In this document: positions 25,771 to 38,055 of the stretch, one piece after another
Position numbering within the stretch: position 1 is the stretch's first letter
Layout of the letters: each line of letters starts with the position of its first letter
NCBI GenBank assembly: GCA_964425645.1
Contig: CAYRNC010000003.1
Location: 1 to 50,125 of the forward strand
Length of the DNA stretch: 50,125 nt
DNA from: an uncultured Oscillospiraceae bacterium
GTDB lineage: Bacteria; Bacillota; Clostridia; Peptostreptococcales; Anaerovoracaceae
Direction of reading: 5' to 3'
The notes under the pieces: generated by a model
The model's database searches: none
Seen by the model: the letters and a program-made list of their open reading frames with translations, nothing else
Told to the model about the DNA's origin: nothing
Program-made: the position numbers and the translations under genes

Positions 25771-28266
25771 CTACAGGTTCAACTTTATCTGATCGCTGCC
25801 GTTATTTTTTTCGGGATCGCAATCATCTATTTCTTCCTCCCTTATCACTTTCGCCATGGCTATAATGTTGGCATCCTCTGCCACTTTCATAATCTTGACA
25901 CCCTGCGTAGCCCTGCTCAGCTTTGACACTTCATCTGCCCTTATTCTTATAATTATACCGTCAGAATTCACGAGCAGAATCTCATCATCCTCATTTACAA
26001 CCATGGCTCCTATGAGTTCACCCGTCTTGCTGAATTTTCTCTTATCATAAGTTAAAAGGCCTTTTCCTCCCCTTGCCTGAACCCGATATTCCTTTACCGA
26101 TGTTCTTTTCCCGTATCCTGCCTGTGTGACCACAAGAAGCTCTTCGTCCCTTTCGGCCAGCTCCATGGCCACCACCTCGTCGTTTTTATCCAGGCTGATA
26201 GCCCTTACGCCCCTTGCAAGCCTCCCCATGGGCCTTACATCTTCTTCATTAAAACAGATGCACTTTCCTTGTTTGGTTATAATTATGACATTGCTGCTTC
26301 CCGTAGTTTCCTGTATGCTGATCATCTCATCGCCGTCTTTGAGATTTATCGCAATAAGCCCCGTTTTTCGATTGGTATCGAATTGGGAAAGAGCCGTCTT
26401 TTTAATGGTACCGTTTTTTGTTACTGCTATCAGGTATCTTTCTGCAGAGAAATCCTCGATCGGAATTATAGCGGTGATTCTTTCCCTTTGCATAAGGTTT
26501 AAGAAATTTATCGCAGGCGTACCCCTTGCCGTCCTTTGAGCCTCAGGTATTTCATAGGCTTTAATTCTATGGGCTTTTCCCGTATTCGTAAAGAACATCA
26601 GATAATCATGGGTGGAAGTGATCAAAAGATTCTTTACAAAATCGTTTTCCCTTGTAGTAAGCCCGGTAATGCCCCTGCCGCCCCTCCTTTGGGTCTTATA
26701 CGTATCCGCCGATACCCTTTTAATGTATCCCAGGTGGGTAAGGGTTACGGCTACCTGTTCCTCCTGGATCAGATCCTCTTCATCAATGTCGTCCATATCA
26801 ACGGTTATCTTCGTTCTACGCTTGTCTCCGTATTTTTTCTTTATGTCCAAAAGCTCTTCCTTGATGATAGACATGAGCAACTTTTCATCCGACAGAACTT
26901 TGTTATACCAGGCAATTTGCTTCATAAGCTCTTCATACTCTGATTCGATCTTTTCCCTTTCCAATCCCTGCAGCCTGGCGAGCCTCATATCCAGTATGGC
27001 TTGGGCCTGTATATCCGAGAGCCCGAAGGCCTCCATCAACCTGGGCTTTGCATCGTTGTAGCTTTCCCTGATCAGCTTTATGACAGCATCTATATTATCC
27101 AAAGCGATGCGAAGGCCCTCAAGAATGTGGGCCCTTGCTTCCGCTTTTGCAAGGTCAAATTGTGTTCTTTTAGTTACAACATCCTTTTGATGCAATAAGT
27201 AATAGCTCAGCATCTCATGCAGGTTTAGCAGCCTTGGCTGTCCATCAACCAAAGCGATAAAAATCATGCTGAAAGTCTCTTGAAGCTGGGTGTGTTTAAA
27301 AAGTCTGTTTAACACGATCTGGGGGTTGGCATTCCTGGTAAGCTCTATTACCACCCTCATCCCGTTGCGGTTGGATTCATCCCTTATATCTGCAATGCCG
27401 TCTAATTTTTTGTCCTTTATCAGATCTGCAATCTTCTCAATTATCCTTGCCTTGTTTACCTGATAAGGTATTTCAGTTACTATTATCTGCTGCCTTCCTC
27501 TGTCGGTCTCTTCAAATTCTGTTTTGGATCTGACCCTGACCCTACCCTGTCCGCTTCGATAAGCCTGTCTTGCGCTGCTTTTGCCCATAATAATGGCACC
27601 GGTCGGGAAATCCGGTCCTTTTACTATTTTTAATATATCATTGATGTCCGCATCTTCTTTATCTATCAATAAAATTGCAGCGTCGATTATTTCCCCTAAG
27701 TTGTGAGGTGGAATAGAAGTAGCCATACCGACCGCTATCCCGTTGCTGCCGTTGACTAAAAGATTTGGGAAACGGGAAGGGAGGACCTCAGGTTCCTTTT
27801 CTTCTCCGTCGAAATTGGGAACAAACGATACCGTATCTTTATCGATATCCCTTAACATCTCCATGGCAAAAGGTGTCATTCTTGCTTCCGTATAACGCAT
27901 AGCCGCCGCCCCGTCGCCATCGACAGATCCGAAGTTACCGTGTCCGTCAACCAACATGTACCGGATAGAAAAATCCTGAGCCATCCTCACCATTGCATCG
28001 TATACAGAACTGTCGCCGTGGGGATGATATTTACCCAAAACCTCTCCGACTATACGTGCTGATTTTTTATGAGGCTTATCGGAAGTCAGATTCAAACCTG
28101 ACATCCCGTAAAGAATGCGCCTATGAACAGGTTTTAATCCATCCCTTACATCAGGTAAAGCCCTTCCGACGATGACGCTCATGGCGTAATCGATGTATGA
28201 GGTCTTCATCTCATCATATATTTCAATTTGCATAAGTTTTTTGTCTTCGATAAAACTGTTGGCCAT
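25771..28266 (-). CDS. gyrA: DNA gyrase subunit A
   Basis: 831 aa with [28 protein letters not shown] (active-site Tyr) and C-terminal beta-pinwheel repeats. Confidence 0.98.
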   Translation of the reverse strand: MANSFIEDKKLMQIEIYDEMKTSYIDYAMSVIVGRALPDVRDGLKPVHRRILYGMSGLNLTSDKPHKKSARIVGEVLGKYHPHGDSSVYDAMVRMAQDFSIRYMLVDGHGNFGSVDGDGAAAMRYTEARMTPFAMEMLRDIDKDTVSFVPNFDGEEKEPEVLPSRFPNLLVNGSNGIAVGMATSIPPHNLGEIIDAAILLIDKEDADINDILKIVKGPDFPTGAIIMGKSSARQAYRSGQGRVRVRSKTEFEETDRGRQQIIVTEIPYQVNKARIIEKIADLIKDKKLDGIADIRDESNRNGMRVVIELTRNANPQIVLNRLFKHTQLQETFSMIFIALVDGQPRLLNLHEMLSYYLLHQKDVVTKRTQFDLAKAEARAHILEGLRIALDNIDAVIKLIRESYNDAKPRLMEAFGLSDIQAQAILDMRLARLQGLEREKIESEYEELMKQIAWYNKVLSDEKLLMSIIKEELLDIKKKYGDKRRTKITVDMDDIDEEDLIQEEQVAVTLTHLGYIKRVSADTYKTQRRGGRGITGLTTRENDFVKNLLITSTHDYLMFFTNTGKAHRIKAYEIPEAQRTARGTPAINFLNLMQRERITAIIPIEDFSAERYLIAVTKNGTIKKTALSQFDTNRKTGLIAINLKDGDEMISIQETTGSSNVIIITKQGKCICFNEEDVRPMGRLARGVRAISLDKNDEVVAMELAERDEELLVVTQAGYGKRTSVKEYRVQARGGKGLLTYDKRKFSKTGELIGAMVVNEDDEILLVNSDGIIIRIRADEVSKLSRATQGVKIMKVAEDANIIAMAKVIREEEIDDCDPEKNNGSDQIKLNL

Positions 28267-28283
28267 ACTGTCGTCTCCCTAAC

Positions 28284-30230
<1,947 letters not shown>

Positions 30231-30276
30231 TTACAGGGCTTTTAATGTTTTTTCAGCCCTTTATTCACGACAGTTT

Positions 30277-30305
30277 ATTATATCGCAAACATACTGGAAT
30301 TTCAA
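30277..30305 (-). promoter_or_regulatory. Putative sigma-A promoter of gyrB (TTGAAA-N17-TATAAT)
   Basis: On the minus strand, the -35 element TTGAAA (30300-30305) and the -10 element TATAAT (30277-30282) have a 17-nt spacer, about 70 nt upstream of the gyrB ATG. Confidence 0.5.
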
Positions 30306-30361
30306 GCAAAATTAATAGACCATACGATATTATCCTGTGCTTAAATAACCGATTTTAATCA

Positions 30362-30446
30362 TGTGGACAGTTTTATCCACACGGTGTGAATAAAGCAAAG
30401 AAATCGAATTATATATTATTTGTTTTGGGGACTTGTCTGTGGATAA
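30362..30446. promoter_or_regulatory. oriC segment 1: DnaA-box cluster upstream of dnaA
   Basis: Perfect TTATCCACA at 30373-30381 and perfect inverted TGTGGATAA at 30438-30446. TGTGAATAA at 30385-30393 has 1 mismatch and TGTGGACAG at 30362-30370 has 2 mismatches. An AT-rich stretch lies at 30394-30430. Confidence 0.8.
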
Positions 30447-30461
30447 CTTTTTTTGTATGAT
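30433..30461 (+). promoter_or_regulatory. Putative dnaA promoter (TTGTCT-N17-TATGAT) overlapped by a DnaA box
   Basis: The -35 element is at 30433-30438 and the -10 element at 30456-30461. The perfect DnaA box at 30438-30446 overlaps the -35/spacer, consistent with dnaA autoregulation. Confidence 0.45.
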
Positions 30462-30515
30462 AGAATAACATCAGGTTTGTTTGCAGCAATCAATTCAAAA
30501 AGGAATGATAAAAAC

Positions 30516-31856
30516 ATGAACAACATTGAACAATCTTGGGTAAAAGCACTGGAATTTCTAAAACCTGAGCTGACTCCCGTAAGTTATGATACATGGATAA
30601 GCCCTTTAAAACCGTTCCGCCTGGATGAGGAAAAGGCCCGGCTGTATTTAATCTCCGGCGGGGGTATAGGTAAAAATCTTTTAGAGGATCGTTACAGAAA
30701 CATCATTGAATCTGCGGTAAAACATGCTTTTGGCATTACGCTTTCAGCTGTTTTTCTGGATTCGGAAGAAGTGGAACTAGCGGAAGCATCAAAGGCAAAC
30801 GCTTTAAACAGAACGTTTACGGATGAACTGTATTTAAATCCAAAATATGTTTTCAGCACATTTGTCGTAGGCAACAATAATCGCTTTGCCCATGCAGCTT
30901 CCCTCGCCGTAGCCGAACAACCCGCATATGCCTACAATCCCTTGTTTATTTATGGGGGGGCAGGTCTTGGAAAGACCCATTTAATGCATGCAATAGGACA
31001 TCATATCGTACGTCATGCGCCCAAAATGAAAGTTCTTTATGTCTCTTCCGAAATGTTTACAAACGAACTAATTAAAGCTATAAGGGAAAACAAGACCCAT
31101 ATGTTCAAAAATAAGTACAGAAGCATAGATGTACTGCTTATCGACGATATACAATTTATTGAGAAAAAAGAAAGAGTCCAGGAGGAGTTTTTCCACACAT
31201 TTGAAGCCTTAAAAGCATCGAACAAGCAGATAATACTTTCGAGCGACCGTCCCCCAAAGGAATTCGCAACCCTTGAAGAAAGGCTTCGTTCCCGCTTTGA
31301 ATGGGGCCTGATGGCGGACATCCAGCCCCCTGATTTTGAAACTCGGGTGGCGATCCTCTGTAAAAAGGCAGAATTAGAGGAGATAGCCGTTGACGATGAA
31401 TTCATGTCGGTTATTGAGGTTATCGCTGAAAAAATCCGTCACAATATAAGGGAGCTTGAAGGGGCCTTTATTCGGGTCGTTGCATATGCCTCACTGACAG
31501 GACAAAGCATTAACAGGGATCTGACGAGAGAGGTTCTGAAGGATGTATTTTTAACTAAAGACAGGGATATAACACCCGACCTTATAAAAGATAACGTCTG
31601 CAGGCACTTTGATATAAAACGGACAGACATCGAGTCGGCAAAACGGTCAAGAAACCTGTCTTTTCCCAGGCAAATCGCTATGTACCTTTGCAGAAATTTG
31701 ACAGATCTTTCTTTGCCCAAAATAGGGGAAGCTTTCGGAAACAGGGATCATACCACCGTATTGCATGCCTGCGACAAGATTGGAGCTGAGTTGAAAGAGA
31801 ATGAAGTTCTGAAAGAAGTAATATTAAAAATAGAAACTTCAATTCGGGAAAACTGA
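30516..31856 (+). CDS. dnaA: Chromosomal replication initiator protein DnaA
   Basis: Start set to the ATG at 30516 (MNNIEQSWVKAL). Walker A GGAGLGKTHL, LLIDDIQF, and a C-terminal DNA-binding domain (RDHTTVLHA). Confidence 0.97.
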   Translation: MNNIEQSWVKALEFLKPELTPVSYDTWISPLKPFRLDEEKARLYLISGGGIGKNLLEDRYRNIIESAVKHAFGITLSAVFLDSEEVELAEASKANALNRTFTDELYLNPKYVFSTFVVGNNNRFAHAASLAVAEQPAYAYNPLFIYGGAGLGKTHLMHAIGHHIVRHAPKMKVLYVSSEMFTNELIKAIRENKTHMFKNKYRSIDVLLIDDIQFIEKKERVQEEFFHTFEALKASNKQIILSSDRPPKEFATLEERLRSRFEWGLMADIQPPDFETRVAILCKKAELEEIAVDDEFMSVIEVIAEKIRHNIRELEGAFIRVVAYASLTGQSINRDLTREVLKDVFLTKDRDITPDLIKDNVCRHFDIKRTDIESAKRSRNLSFPRQIAMYLCRNLTDLSLPKIGEAFGNRDHTTVLHACDKIGAELKENEVLKEVILKIETSIREN

Positions 31857-31881
31857 CACCTCCCTGAATAAGTTTTACGAC

Positions 31882-31975
31882 TTATCCACAGGAACGGCGT
31901 TCTCTCTAACGCTGTTAAATCTTTATCCACAGGACTTATCCACAAATCCACAGGCCCTACTACTACTTCTACTAC
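31882..31975 (+). promoter_or_regulatory. oriC segment 2: DnaA boxes, GC clamp and DnaA-trio-like array between dnaA and dnaN
   Basis: Perfect TTATCCACA at 31882-31890, 31923-31931 and 31936-31944. AAATCCACA at 31944-31952. GGCCC at 31953-31957, then TAC TAC TAC TTC TAC TAC at 31958-31975. Confidence 0.75.
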
Positions 31976-32004
31976 ATAGATATAATAAGAAGGAGACAGC
32001 CGCT

Positions 32005-33117
32005 ATGAAGTTAATTTGCAATCAGCAATCATTATTTAAAGCATTAAACACCGTTTCCAAGGCGGTTACCGCTAGAACAACCATCCCTTTATTAAAAGGC
32101 ATTCTTCTTGAAACATCAAACGGTCAATTAAAAATAAGCGCATCCGATTTGGATTTAAGCATCGAGAAAAAAATACATTGTACCGTTTTAGAAGAAGGAT
32201 CTGCAGTAGTATCTGCTAAATTATTCAGTGACATCATAAGAAGGCTTCCGCATGAAGACGTGGAAATTGAATTAAAAGAAACCAACCGGCTTGATGTCAG
32301 ATGTCTGTCATCCGATTTTACTATTATCGCCCAGTCGTCAGATGAATTTCCTAAAATTGATGAAATAAAAGAGGAAAAAAGAATAAGGTTCGACAAAGAA
32401 ATAATAAAGAATATGATAAGAAAAACATCGTTTTCTGCCAGCATAGAGGAATCAAAAGGTGTCATAGTCGGTGTCTTGATAGAAATAGAAAAGGGGCAGT
32501 TATCCATGGTGGCTCTGGACGGATTCAGAATGGCGGTTACAAGAACCGAGATGGAAGGTGATCTGAAGCTGAAAATAATCATAGCGGCAAGAATATTAAA
32601 TGAAATTTATAAGATAATTTCCGAAAGCGAGGAAGCAGATTTTATAGACTTGATACTAGATGAGAAAAAGGCTGTCTTCTTTATAGAGGATACGTTGATA
32701 GTAGCAAGACTTTTAGAAGGGGATTTTATAAAATATCAAGAGATATTACCGAAAGAATATGAAAGCAGGATAATAGTCAATAAGGAGGAGCTGCTTGAAA
32801 GCATAGAAAGAGCAGCACTGTTTGCACGGGATGGAAGAAACAATTTGGTTAAATTATCGTTATACCGGGACAAAATAATAATAACCTCAAGGTCAGAAGA
32901 AGGTAACGTAAAAGAAGAAGTATTTATGAAAAAGGATGGAGAAGATCTTGAGATAGGATTCAATGCAAAATATATCTCCGATGCATTAAAGGCAATTTCC
33001 GATGAGGAGATATCTATGGAATTCAATAGCAGCATCAGCCCATGTCTGATTAAGCAAACGGAAGGTAATGAATACGAATATCTGATTCTTCCCGTTAGAA
33101 TAGCTGCTGACAGTTGA
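32005..33117 (+). CDS. dnaN: DNA polymerase III subunit beta (sliding clamp)
   Basis: 370 aa with family-typical N-terminus (L.KAL..VSKAV..RTTIP.L.GILLE) and three-domain length. RBS AAGGAGA. Confidence 0.95.
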   Translation: MKLICNQQSLFKALNTVSKAVTARTTIPLLKGILLETSNGQLKISASDLDLSIEKKIHCTVLEEGSAVVSAKLFSDIIRRLPHEDVEIELKETNRLDVRCLSSDFTIIAQSSDEFPKIDEIKEEKRIRFDKEIIKNMIRKTSFSASIEESKGVIVGVLIEIEKGQLSMVALDGFRMAVTRTEMEGDLKLKIIIAARILNEIYKIISESEEADFIDLILDEKKAVFFIEDTLIVARLLEGDFIKYQEILPKEYESRIIVNKEELLESIERAALFARDGRNNLVKLSLYRDKIIITSRSEEGNVKEEVFMKKDGEDLEIGFNAKYISDALKAISDEEISMEFNSSISPCLIKQTEGNEYEYLILPVRIAADS

Positions 33118-33118
33118 T

Positions 33119-34222
33119 ATGTATATTGACGAAATGAGCCTAATAAATTTTAGGAACTATAAAAACGAAAGAATTAATTTTCATGAAAAAACCAATCTGA
33201 TAATAGGAAGCAATGCCCAGGGTAAAACCAATCTTCTTGAAGGATTGTATATTATGAGCCTTGGAAAATCATTCAGAACAAATAAAGACAAAGAAATGAT
33301 AGGCTTTTCGGGAAGCTCGTGTGCGGTTAAATGCAGCTATATAAAAAGGGGAATTCAAAACAGCATAGAGATAGGTATATCTTCAGCGGGAAAAAGCATA
33401 AAAATAGGAAATATAGCTGCAGAAAAAACAAGCGACCTGCTTGAACATGTGTATACTGTAATATTTTCACCAGAGGACATGAAAATAATAAAGGATGAGC
33501 CGGAAAAAAGAAGAAGGTTCATGGATAGAGAAATTTGCCTGATCAGACCCGTATATTATCGAAGTCTGGGAAGATATAAAAAGACGCTGGCGCATAAAAA
33601 CGCACTGCTTAAAAAAGAAAATAGCGACGAGGAAATGCTTAGAACGTGGGACAGCATACTGGCAGACAGCGGATCGAGGATAATATGGGAAAGAAATAAA
33701 TTTATCGAGAAACTTAACGCTTTCAGCCGGGATTATCACAGCCGTATAACAGAAGGAAAAGAGGAGCTTAATTTAATATATGAAGCAGATATAAAAGAAT
33801 GCTCCGACATACCCGCTATTAATGAAGCATTCAAAGAAATTTTAACTAAAAAAAGGAAGGAAGATATATCAAAAGGGACAACCGGGGCAGGGCCTCAAAA
33901 AGATGATATTAAGGTGACAATAAACGGGGTAGATGCCAGACATTACGGATCCCAGGGACAACAGCGAACAGCGGCACTTTCTATGAAGCTGGCCTTGATA
34001 AAACTTATAAAAGAAGAGAAGGAGGAAGATGCGATTTTACTTCTTGATGACGTTCTGTCGGAGTTGGATGAATCAAGGCAGAAATTTCTATTTGATACCC
34101 TTTTGGACATACAGCTGTTCATTACCTCTGCAGATTTAAGCGGCACCCTAATGAAAAGAATAAAAAAGGGTCAAATATTAACAATTGACAAGGGTAGGAT
34201 AGTGAAAAACAGTTTGACATAA
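33119..34222 (+). CDS. recF: DNA replication/repair protein RecF
   Basis: FRNY, Walker A GSNAQGKTNLLE, signature SQGQQRT and Walker B ILLLDDVLSELD. Confidence 0.95.
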   Translation: MYIDEMSLINFRNYKNERINFHEKTNLIIGSNAQGKTNLLEGLYIMSLGKSFRTNKDKEMIGFSGSSCAVKCSYIKRGIQNSIEIGISSAGKSIKIGNIAAEKTSDLLEHVYTVIFSPEDMKIIKDEPEKRRRFMDREICLIRPVYYRSLGRYKKTLAHKNALLKKENSDEEMLRTWDSILADSGSRIIWERNKFIEKLNAFSRDYHSRITEGKEELNLIYEADIKECSDIPAINEAFKEILTKKRKEDISKGTTGAGPQKDDIKVTINGVDARHYGSQGQQRTAALSMKLALIKLIKEEKEEDAILLLDDVLSELDESRQKFLFDTLLDIQLFITSADLSGTLMKRIKKGQILTIDKGRIVKNSLT

Positions 34223-34242
34223 AAGTACTTTAAATGTATAAT
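34214..34242 (+). promoter_or_regulatory. Consensus sigma-A promoter for rpmH (TTGACA-N17-TATAAT)
   Basis: Perfect -35 element TTGACA (34214-34219, abutting the recF stop codon) and perfect -10 element TATAAT (34237-34242) with a 17-nt spacer, 46 nt upstream of the rpmH ATG. Confidence 0.7.
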
Positions 34243-34288
34243 TACGTGGCAATTGTCTCCCAAAAATATGAAGGAGGAGGTGTGAGAA

Positions 34289-34423
34289 ATGAAAAGAACG
34301 TTTCAGCCTAAGAAGCGACAAAGAAGCAAAGAGCACGGTTTTAGAAAAAGAATGAGCACAAAAAACGGTAGAAATGTGTTAAAGAGAAGAAGATTGAAAG
34401 GTAGAAAATCACTCACAGCATAG
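34289..34423 (+). CDS. rpmH: 50S ribosomal protein L34 (not in the ORF track, 44 aa)
   Basis: My translation is [44 protein letters not shown], which is canonical L34. Strong RBS AAGGAGGAGG. Confidence 0.95.
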   Translation: MKRTFQPKKRQRSKEHGFRKRMSTKNGRNVLKRRRLKGRKSLTA

Positions 34424-34446
34424 AGACCGCGGGCGTGGTCTTTTTG
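34424..34446 (+). terminator. Weak hairpin plus T-tract between rpmH and rnpA (possible attenuator)
   Basis: AGACC-gcgggcgt-GGTCT followed by TTTTGTTT. The stem is only 5-8 bp. Confidence 0.3.
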
Positions 34447-34470
34447 TTTCGAATCCCTTAAGGAGTTCAC

Positions 34471-34809
34471 ATGCTCAAACAGGATGTACTGCGCAAGAAA
34501 AAGGAATTTACATTATTATATAACAAAGGCAAATCCGTGGGGGAAAAGTGCCTTGTCCTCATCTTTCGAAAAAACGGGCTTCCTTATAACAGGAAGGCAT
34601 TTGTGGCAAGCAAAAAGGTGGGGGGAAGCGTCCAGAGAAACAGGGCCAGAAGGTTGCTTAGGGAAAGTTACAGATCTTTAGAGAAAAATATCAAACCGGG
34701 CTATGATATTTTATTTATTGCCCGGAAAACTATTGTGGAACTGAAATATGCGGATGTGAAAAAAAGTATGGAAGCCGCAACAAGAAAAGCGAGAATACTA
34801 TTAGATTGA
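34471..34809 (+). CDS. rnpA: Ribonuclease P protein component
   Basis: 112-aa basic protein with KKVGGSVQRNRARRLLRESY (RNR motif). Lies downstream of rpmH. Confidence 0.93.
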   Translation: MLKQDVLRKKKEFTLLYNKGKSVGEKCLVLIFRKNGLPYNRKAFVASKKVGGSVQRNRARRLLRESYRSLEKNIKPGYDILFIARKTIVELKYADVKKSMEAATRKARILLD

Positions 34810-34822
34810 CAGGTGAAGGTGT

Positions 34823-35032
34823 TTGAAATACATCCTTGTTTTCATAATCAAAGGATATCAGAAATTTATTTCACCGCTGTTTCCGGCGAAATGCCGGTTT
34901 TATCCCAGCTGTTCCTCATATTTTATACAGGCCGTTCAAAAATACGGAACGCTTAAGGGATCTTATCTTGGAATGAAAAGAATTTTAAAATGTCATCCCT
35001 TTAACCCAGGAGGGTATGATCCTTTAAAATGA
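34823..35032 (+). CDS. yidD: Membrane protein insertion efficiency factor YidD
   Basis: [22 protein letters not shown] ... [12 protein letters not shown] is canonical YidD. TTG start. Confidence 0.92.
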   Translation: MKYILVFIIKGYQKFISPLFPAKCRFYPSCSSYFIQAVQKYGTLKGSYLGMKRILKCHPFNPGGYDPLK

Positions 35033-35046
35033 CTGGAGGATAGTTA

Positions 35047-35745
35047 ATGACCACCTATGAAAAAATAATGTCCTTTATAGCCCAGCCTATGGGCTGGTTG
35101 CTGACACAGCTTTATGATTTTATCGGTAGCTACGGCTTAACCCTTATTATATTTACATTGTTGGTCAGAGGACTGCTGTTTCCCCTTTATGCCGCTCAAA
35201 TAAGAAGCTCGTCGAGAATGAAGGATGTACAGCCGAAGATGCAGGCCCTGCAAAGGAAGTATGCTAACGATAAAGAAACGCTGAACATTAAAATGATGGA
35301 ACTTTACAAAGAAGAAAAATTTAACCCAATGGGCGGCTGTCTGCCTATGCTGGTTCAAATGCCCATCATATTGGCTCTTTTTGTTTTACTGCGCAACCCT
35401 ACGGTTTTTATGGGAGAAACCCATATGCTTATGGCGGTTCATGAATCCTTTTATTGGGTCCCCGATCTTTCTCAACCCGATCCTTGGATTTTACCTGTAC
35501 TGGCAGGAGTTGCGACCTTTTTTTCCTTCTCCATGACGCAGGCGATGAGCGGAGCCATGACCGCGGGAAGTACGGCGGGAATGATGAAAATGATGAAATA
35601 TTTTTTCCCGGTCATGATAGTTTGGATGGGCAGATCTTTTCCGTCGGGTCTTACGCTATACTGGTTTATAGGTACACTGTTTATGATTGTACAAACTTTT
35701 GGAATGCAGCGGTGGAAAAAAAGGAAGGAATCGGTAAAGAGGTGA
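35047..35745 (+). CDS. yidC: Membrane protein insertase YidC (SpoIIIJ/OxaA-type)
   Basis: 232 aa with 5 TM helices and NPMGGCLPMLVQMPI, LTLYWFIG motifs. Confidence 0.92.
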   Translation: MTTYEKIMSFIAQPMGWLLTQLYDFIGSYGLTLIIFTLLVRGLLFPLYAAQIRSSSRMKDVQPKMQALQRKYANDKETLNIKMMELYKEEKFNPMGGCLPMLVQMPIILALFVLLRNPTVFMGETHMLMAVHESFYWVPDLSQPDPWILPVLAGVATFFSFSMTQAMSGAMTAGSTAGMMKMMKYFFPVMIVWMGRSFPSGLTLYWFIGTLFMIVQTFGMQRWKKRKESVKR

Positions 35746-35797
35746 TTTTTAAAGCATTGCCTTACAGAGCGATGTTACAATATATGGAGGAAAACAA

Positions 35798-36604
35798 ATG
35801 GACTTTTCAGAAAAATGGGGAAAAGATGTAGAAGATGCCGTCAGACTGGCATTGATAGATTTGGGAGCCACGCAGGATCAAGTGGAAGTTACAGTTTTAG
35901 AAGAGCCGTCAAGAGGCTTTCTGGGGTTCGGTTCCAGATTGGCTAAGGTAAGAGTTCAACGGATTAAAGCCTCAAAAGGGGAGGCGCCCGGCGAGAAAGA
36001 TATCAAAAAAACAAGACAGGAAAAGACCGTAAACAACAAAAAAGAATCAAAAAAAGTTCAAAGCGTAAAGAAAAAAACAACAGATAATACAGCAGTTAAT
36101 CAACAAAATGAACGACAAAAAGAAAGCGGAATAAGAATAAGGCCGGATGACTTAAAACCTGTTGAAGATGCACCGGCACTTGAATTTCTCCGGGAGGTTA
36201 TTTCACGCATGGGACTTGATTTGACAGTAGTTGCTTCGGAAAACGATGAATGCCTTTACTTCGATATAAGTGGAAAGGATTCCGGAACCATAATAGGAAA
36301 AAGAGGCCAAACATTGGACTCAATTCAATATTTAACGAGTTTGGTTGTGGGAAAAGAGGCGGAGAAATATACCAGGATTGTGGTTGATGCGGAAAATTAC
36401 AGGCAAAAGCGGGAAAAGACTTTGGAACAATTAGCTGTCCGCTTAGGCGAAAAGGTTCGCAAAACAGGAAAGAGCGTCAGGCTGGAACCCATGAATCCTT
36501 ATGAGAGAAAGGTCATACATTCTACACTGCAAAGAAATCCCTCGGTCGTAACAAGAAGCGAGGGAGATGAACCCTATCGAAGGGTCATAATCGAACAGAA
36601 GTAG
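35798..36604 (+). CDS. jag: RNA-binding protein Jag/KhpB (Jag_N, KH, R3H domains)
   Basis: N-terminal Jag_N domain, a Lys-rich linker, a KH domain (IIGKRGQTLDSIQYL) and an R3H domain (MNPYERKVIHSTL). yidC-jag synteny. Confidence 0.9.
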   Translation: MDFSEKWGKDVEDAVRLALIDLGATQDQVEVTVLEEPSRGFLGFGSRLAKVRVQRIKASKGEAPGEKDIKKTRQEKTVNNKKESKKVQSVKKKTTDNTAVNQQNERQKESGIRIRPDDLKPVEDAPALEFLREVISRMGLDLTVVASENDECLYFDISGKDSGTIIGKRGQTLDSIQYLTSLVVGKEAEKYTRIVVDAENYRQKREKTLEQLAVRLGEKVRKTGKSVRLEPMNPYERKVIHSTLQRNPSVVTRSEGDEPYRRVIIEQK

Positions 36605-36611
36605 ATTTCGA

Positions 36612-36647
36612 AATAACCTGCTCAGCTGATGCAGGTTATTATTTATA
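36612..36647 (+). terminator. Putative intrinsic terminator after jag
   Basis: Perfect 10-bp stem AATAACCTGC/GCAGGTTATT (36612-36621 and 36631-40) with a 9-nt loop, followed by a moderately T-rich ATTTATATAT. Confidence 0.45.
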
Positions 36648-36667
36648 TATGAACAAGAGGGTAAAGC

Positions 36668-38047
36668 ATGGAGGATACTATTGCCGCCATAGCCACGCCT
36701 GCAGGGGAAGGTGGCATTGGAATAATCAGAATCAGCGGCGAAAAAGCAGGGGCCATACTGGCGAAAATTTTTTCTCCGTCAAAAGGAAAGAACATACAGC
36801 CTATAATCGATAGGCGATTAACCTACGGATATGTAAACGATCCCGAAAGCGGAGAGCTTGTTGATGAGGTGCTTGCAGTGCTGATGAAAGCGCCTTTTAC
36901 CTATACCCGTGAAGATGTAGCGGAAATACATTGTCACGCAGGGATTGTTTCGCTTGAAAGAATTTTATCCCTTGTACTGTCTGAAGGCGCAAGGGTGGCG
37001 ACGAGAGGAGAATTTACAAAGCGGGCATTTTTAAACGGAAGAATAGATCTGGCTCAGGCAGAAGCCGTAATTGATCTGATCAAAGCGAAAACAGAGGCAG
37101 GGTTTCAAACAGCCATTAATCAGGTAGAAGGCAAGCTTTCAAACAGCGTTCTAGATATAAGAAATGAACTTGTCAATTTGCTTGCTGAAATAGCGGTGAA
37201 CATAGACTATCCTGATGAGGATATAGAGGAGGTAGTCTATGAACGTTTAGCAGACAGTATATCGCAAATAAGCGATAAGATTGTAAGAATGCTTGCTACA
37301 GCCGATACGGGGCGGCTGATTTCCGAGGGAATGAACATAACAATCGCAGGTAAGCCTAATGTAGGCAAGTCCTCTTTAATGAACAAGCTGCTCGGGGAAT
37401 CCCGGGCTATAGTAACCGATGTTCCGGGTACCACAAGAGATACGATAGAGGAGATGATGGATTTTAAAGGCATACCTGTTTATCTTACCGATACAGCCGG
37501 AATTCATCAAACGGACGATCCTGTTGAAAAAATAGGGGTAGAAAGAAGTAAAGAAGCATTTAACAAGTCCGATTTGATATTGCTTATGGTAGATGCAAGC
37601 GAGCCGCTTGGGGAAGAAGATTACTACATTGCACGTCATATAGGTGAAAGAAAGGCGATTATTTTAGCAAATAAAAAGGATCTGGGAAAGAAAGTAACTG
37701 AGAATCAATTGAAGGAATTAATCCCGGGGTCCGTTATAATAGACACATCCCTTCTAGAGGAAGAGGGAATAGATGAATTAGAAAAGGTTGTCACATCTAT
37801 GTTTTACGGTGGCTTGGTTTTAAGTGAGAACCGAAACATCGTTACAAACGCCAGGCATAAGGATCTTTTGTTTAAAGCAGAAAATGCTCTTTTGGAAGGA
37901 AGAGCCGCAGTCCTCAGAGAGGAAGCGCTGGATTTTATAGAGATGGATATCAGACAGGCCTATATGTTGTTGGGCGAGATTACGGGTGAGGCTGTTTCTG
38001 AGGACATCATTGATCAGATATTTTCAAGATTTTGTTTGGGTAAATAG
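36668..38047 (+). CDS. mnmE: tRNA modification GTPase MnmE
   Basis: [10 protein letters not shown]1 motif [14 protein letters not shown], and the C-terminal FCLGK tetrapeptide. Confidence 0.96.
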   Translation: MEDTIAAIATPAGEGGIGIIRISGEKAGAILAKIFSPSKGKNIQPIIDRRLTYGYVNDPESGELVDEVLAVLMKAPFTYTREDVAEIHCHAGIVSLERILSLVLSEGARVATRGEFTKRAFLNGRIDLAQAEAVIDLIKAKTEAGFQTAINQVEGKLSNSVLDIRNELVNLLAEIAVNIDYPDEDIEEVVYERLADSISQISDKIVRMLATADTGRLISEGMNITIAGKPNVGKSSLMNKLLGESRAIVTDVPGTTRDTIEEMMDFKGIPVYLTDTAGIHQTDDPVEKIGVERSKEAFNKSDLILLMVDASEPLGEEDYYIARHIGERKAIILANKKDLGKKVTENQLKELIPGSVIIDTSLLEEEGIDELEKVVTSMFYGGLVLSENRNIVTNARHKDLLFKAENALLEGRAAVLREEALDFIEMDIRQAYMLLGEITGEAVSEDIIDQIFSRFCLGK

Positions 38048-38055
38048 CGGAGAAA

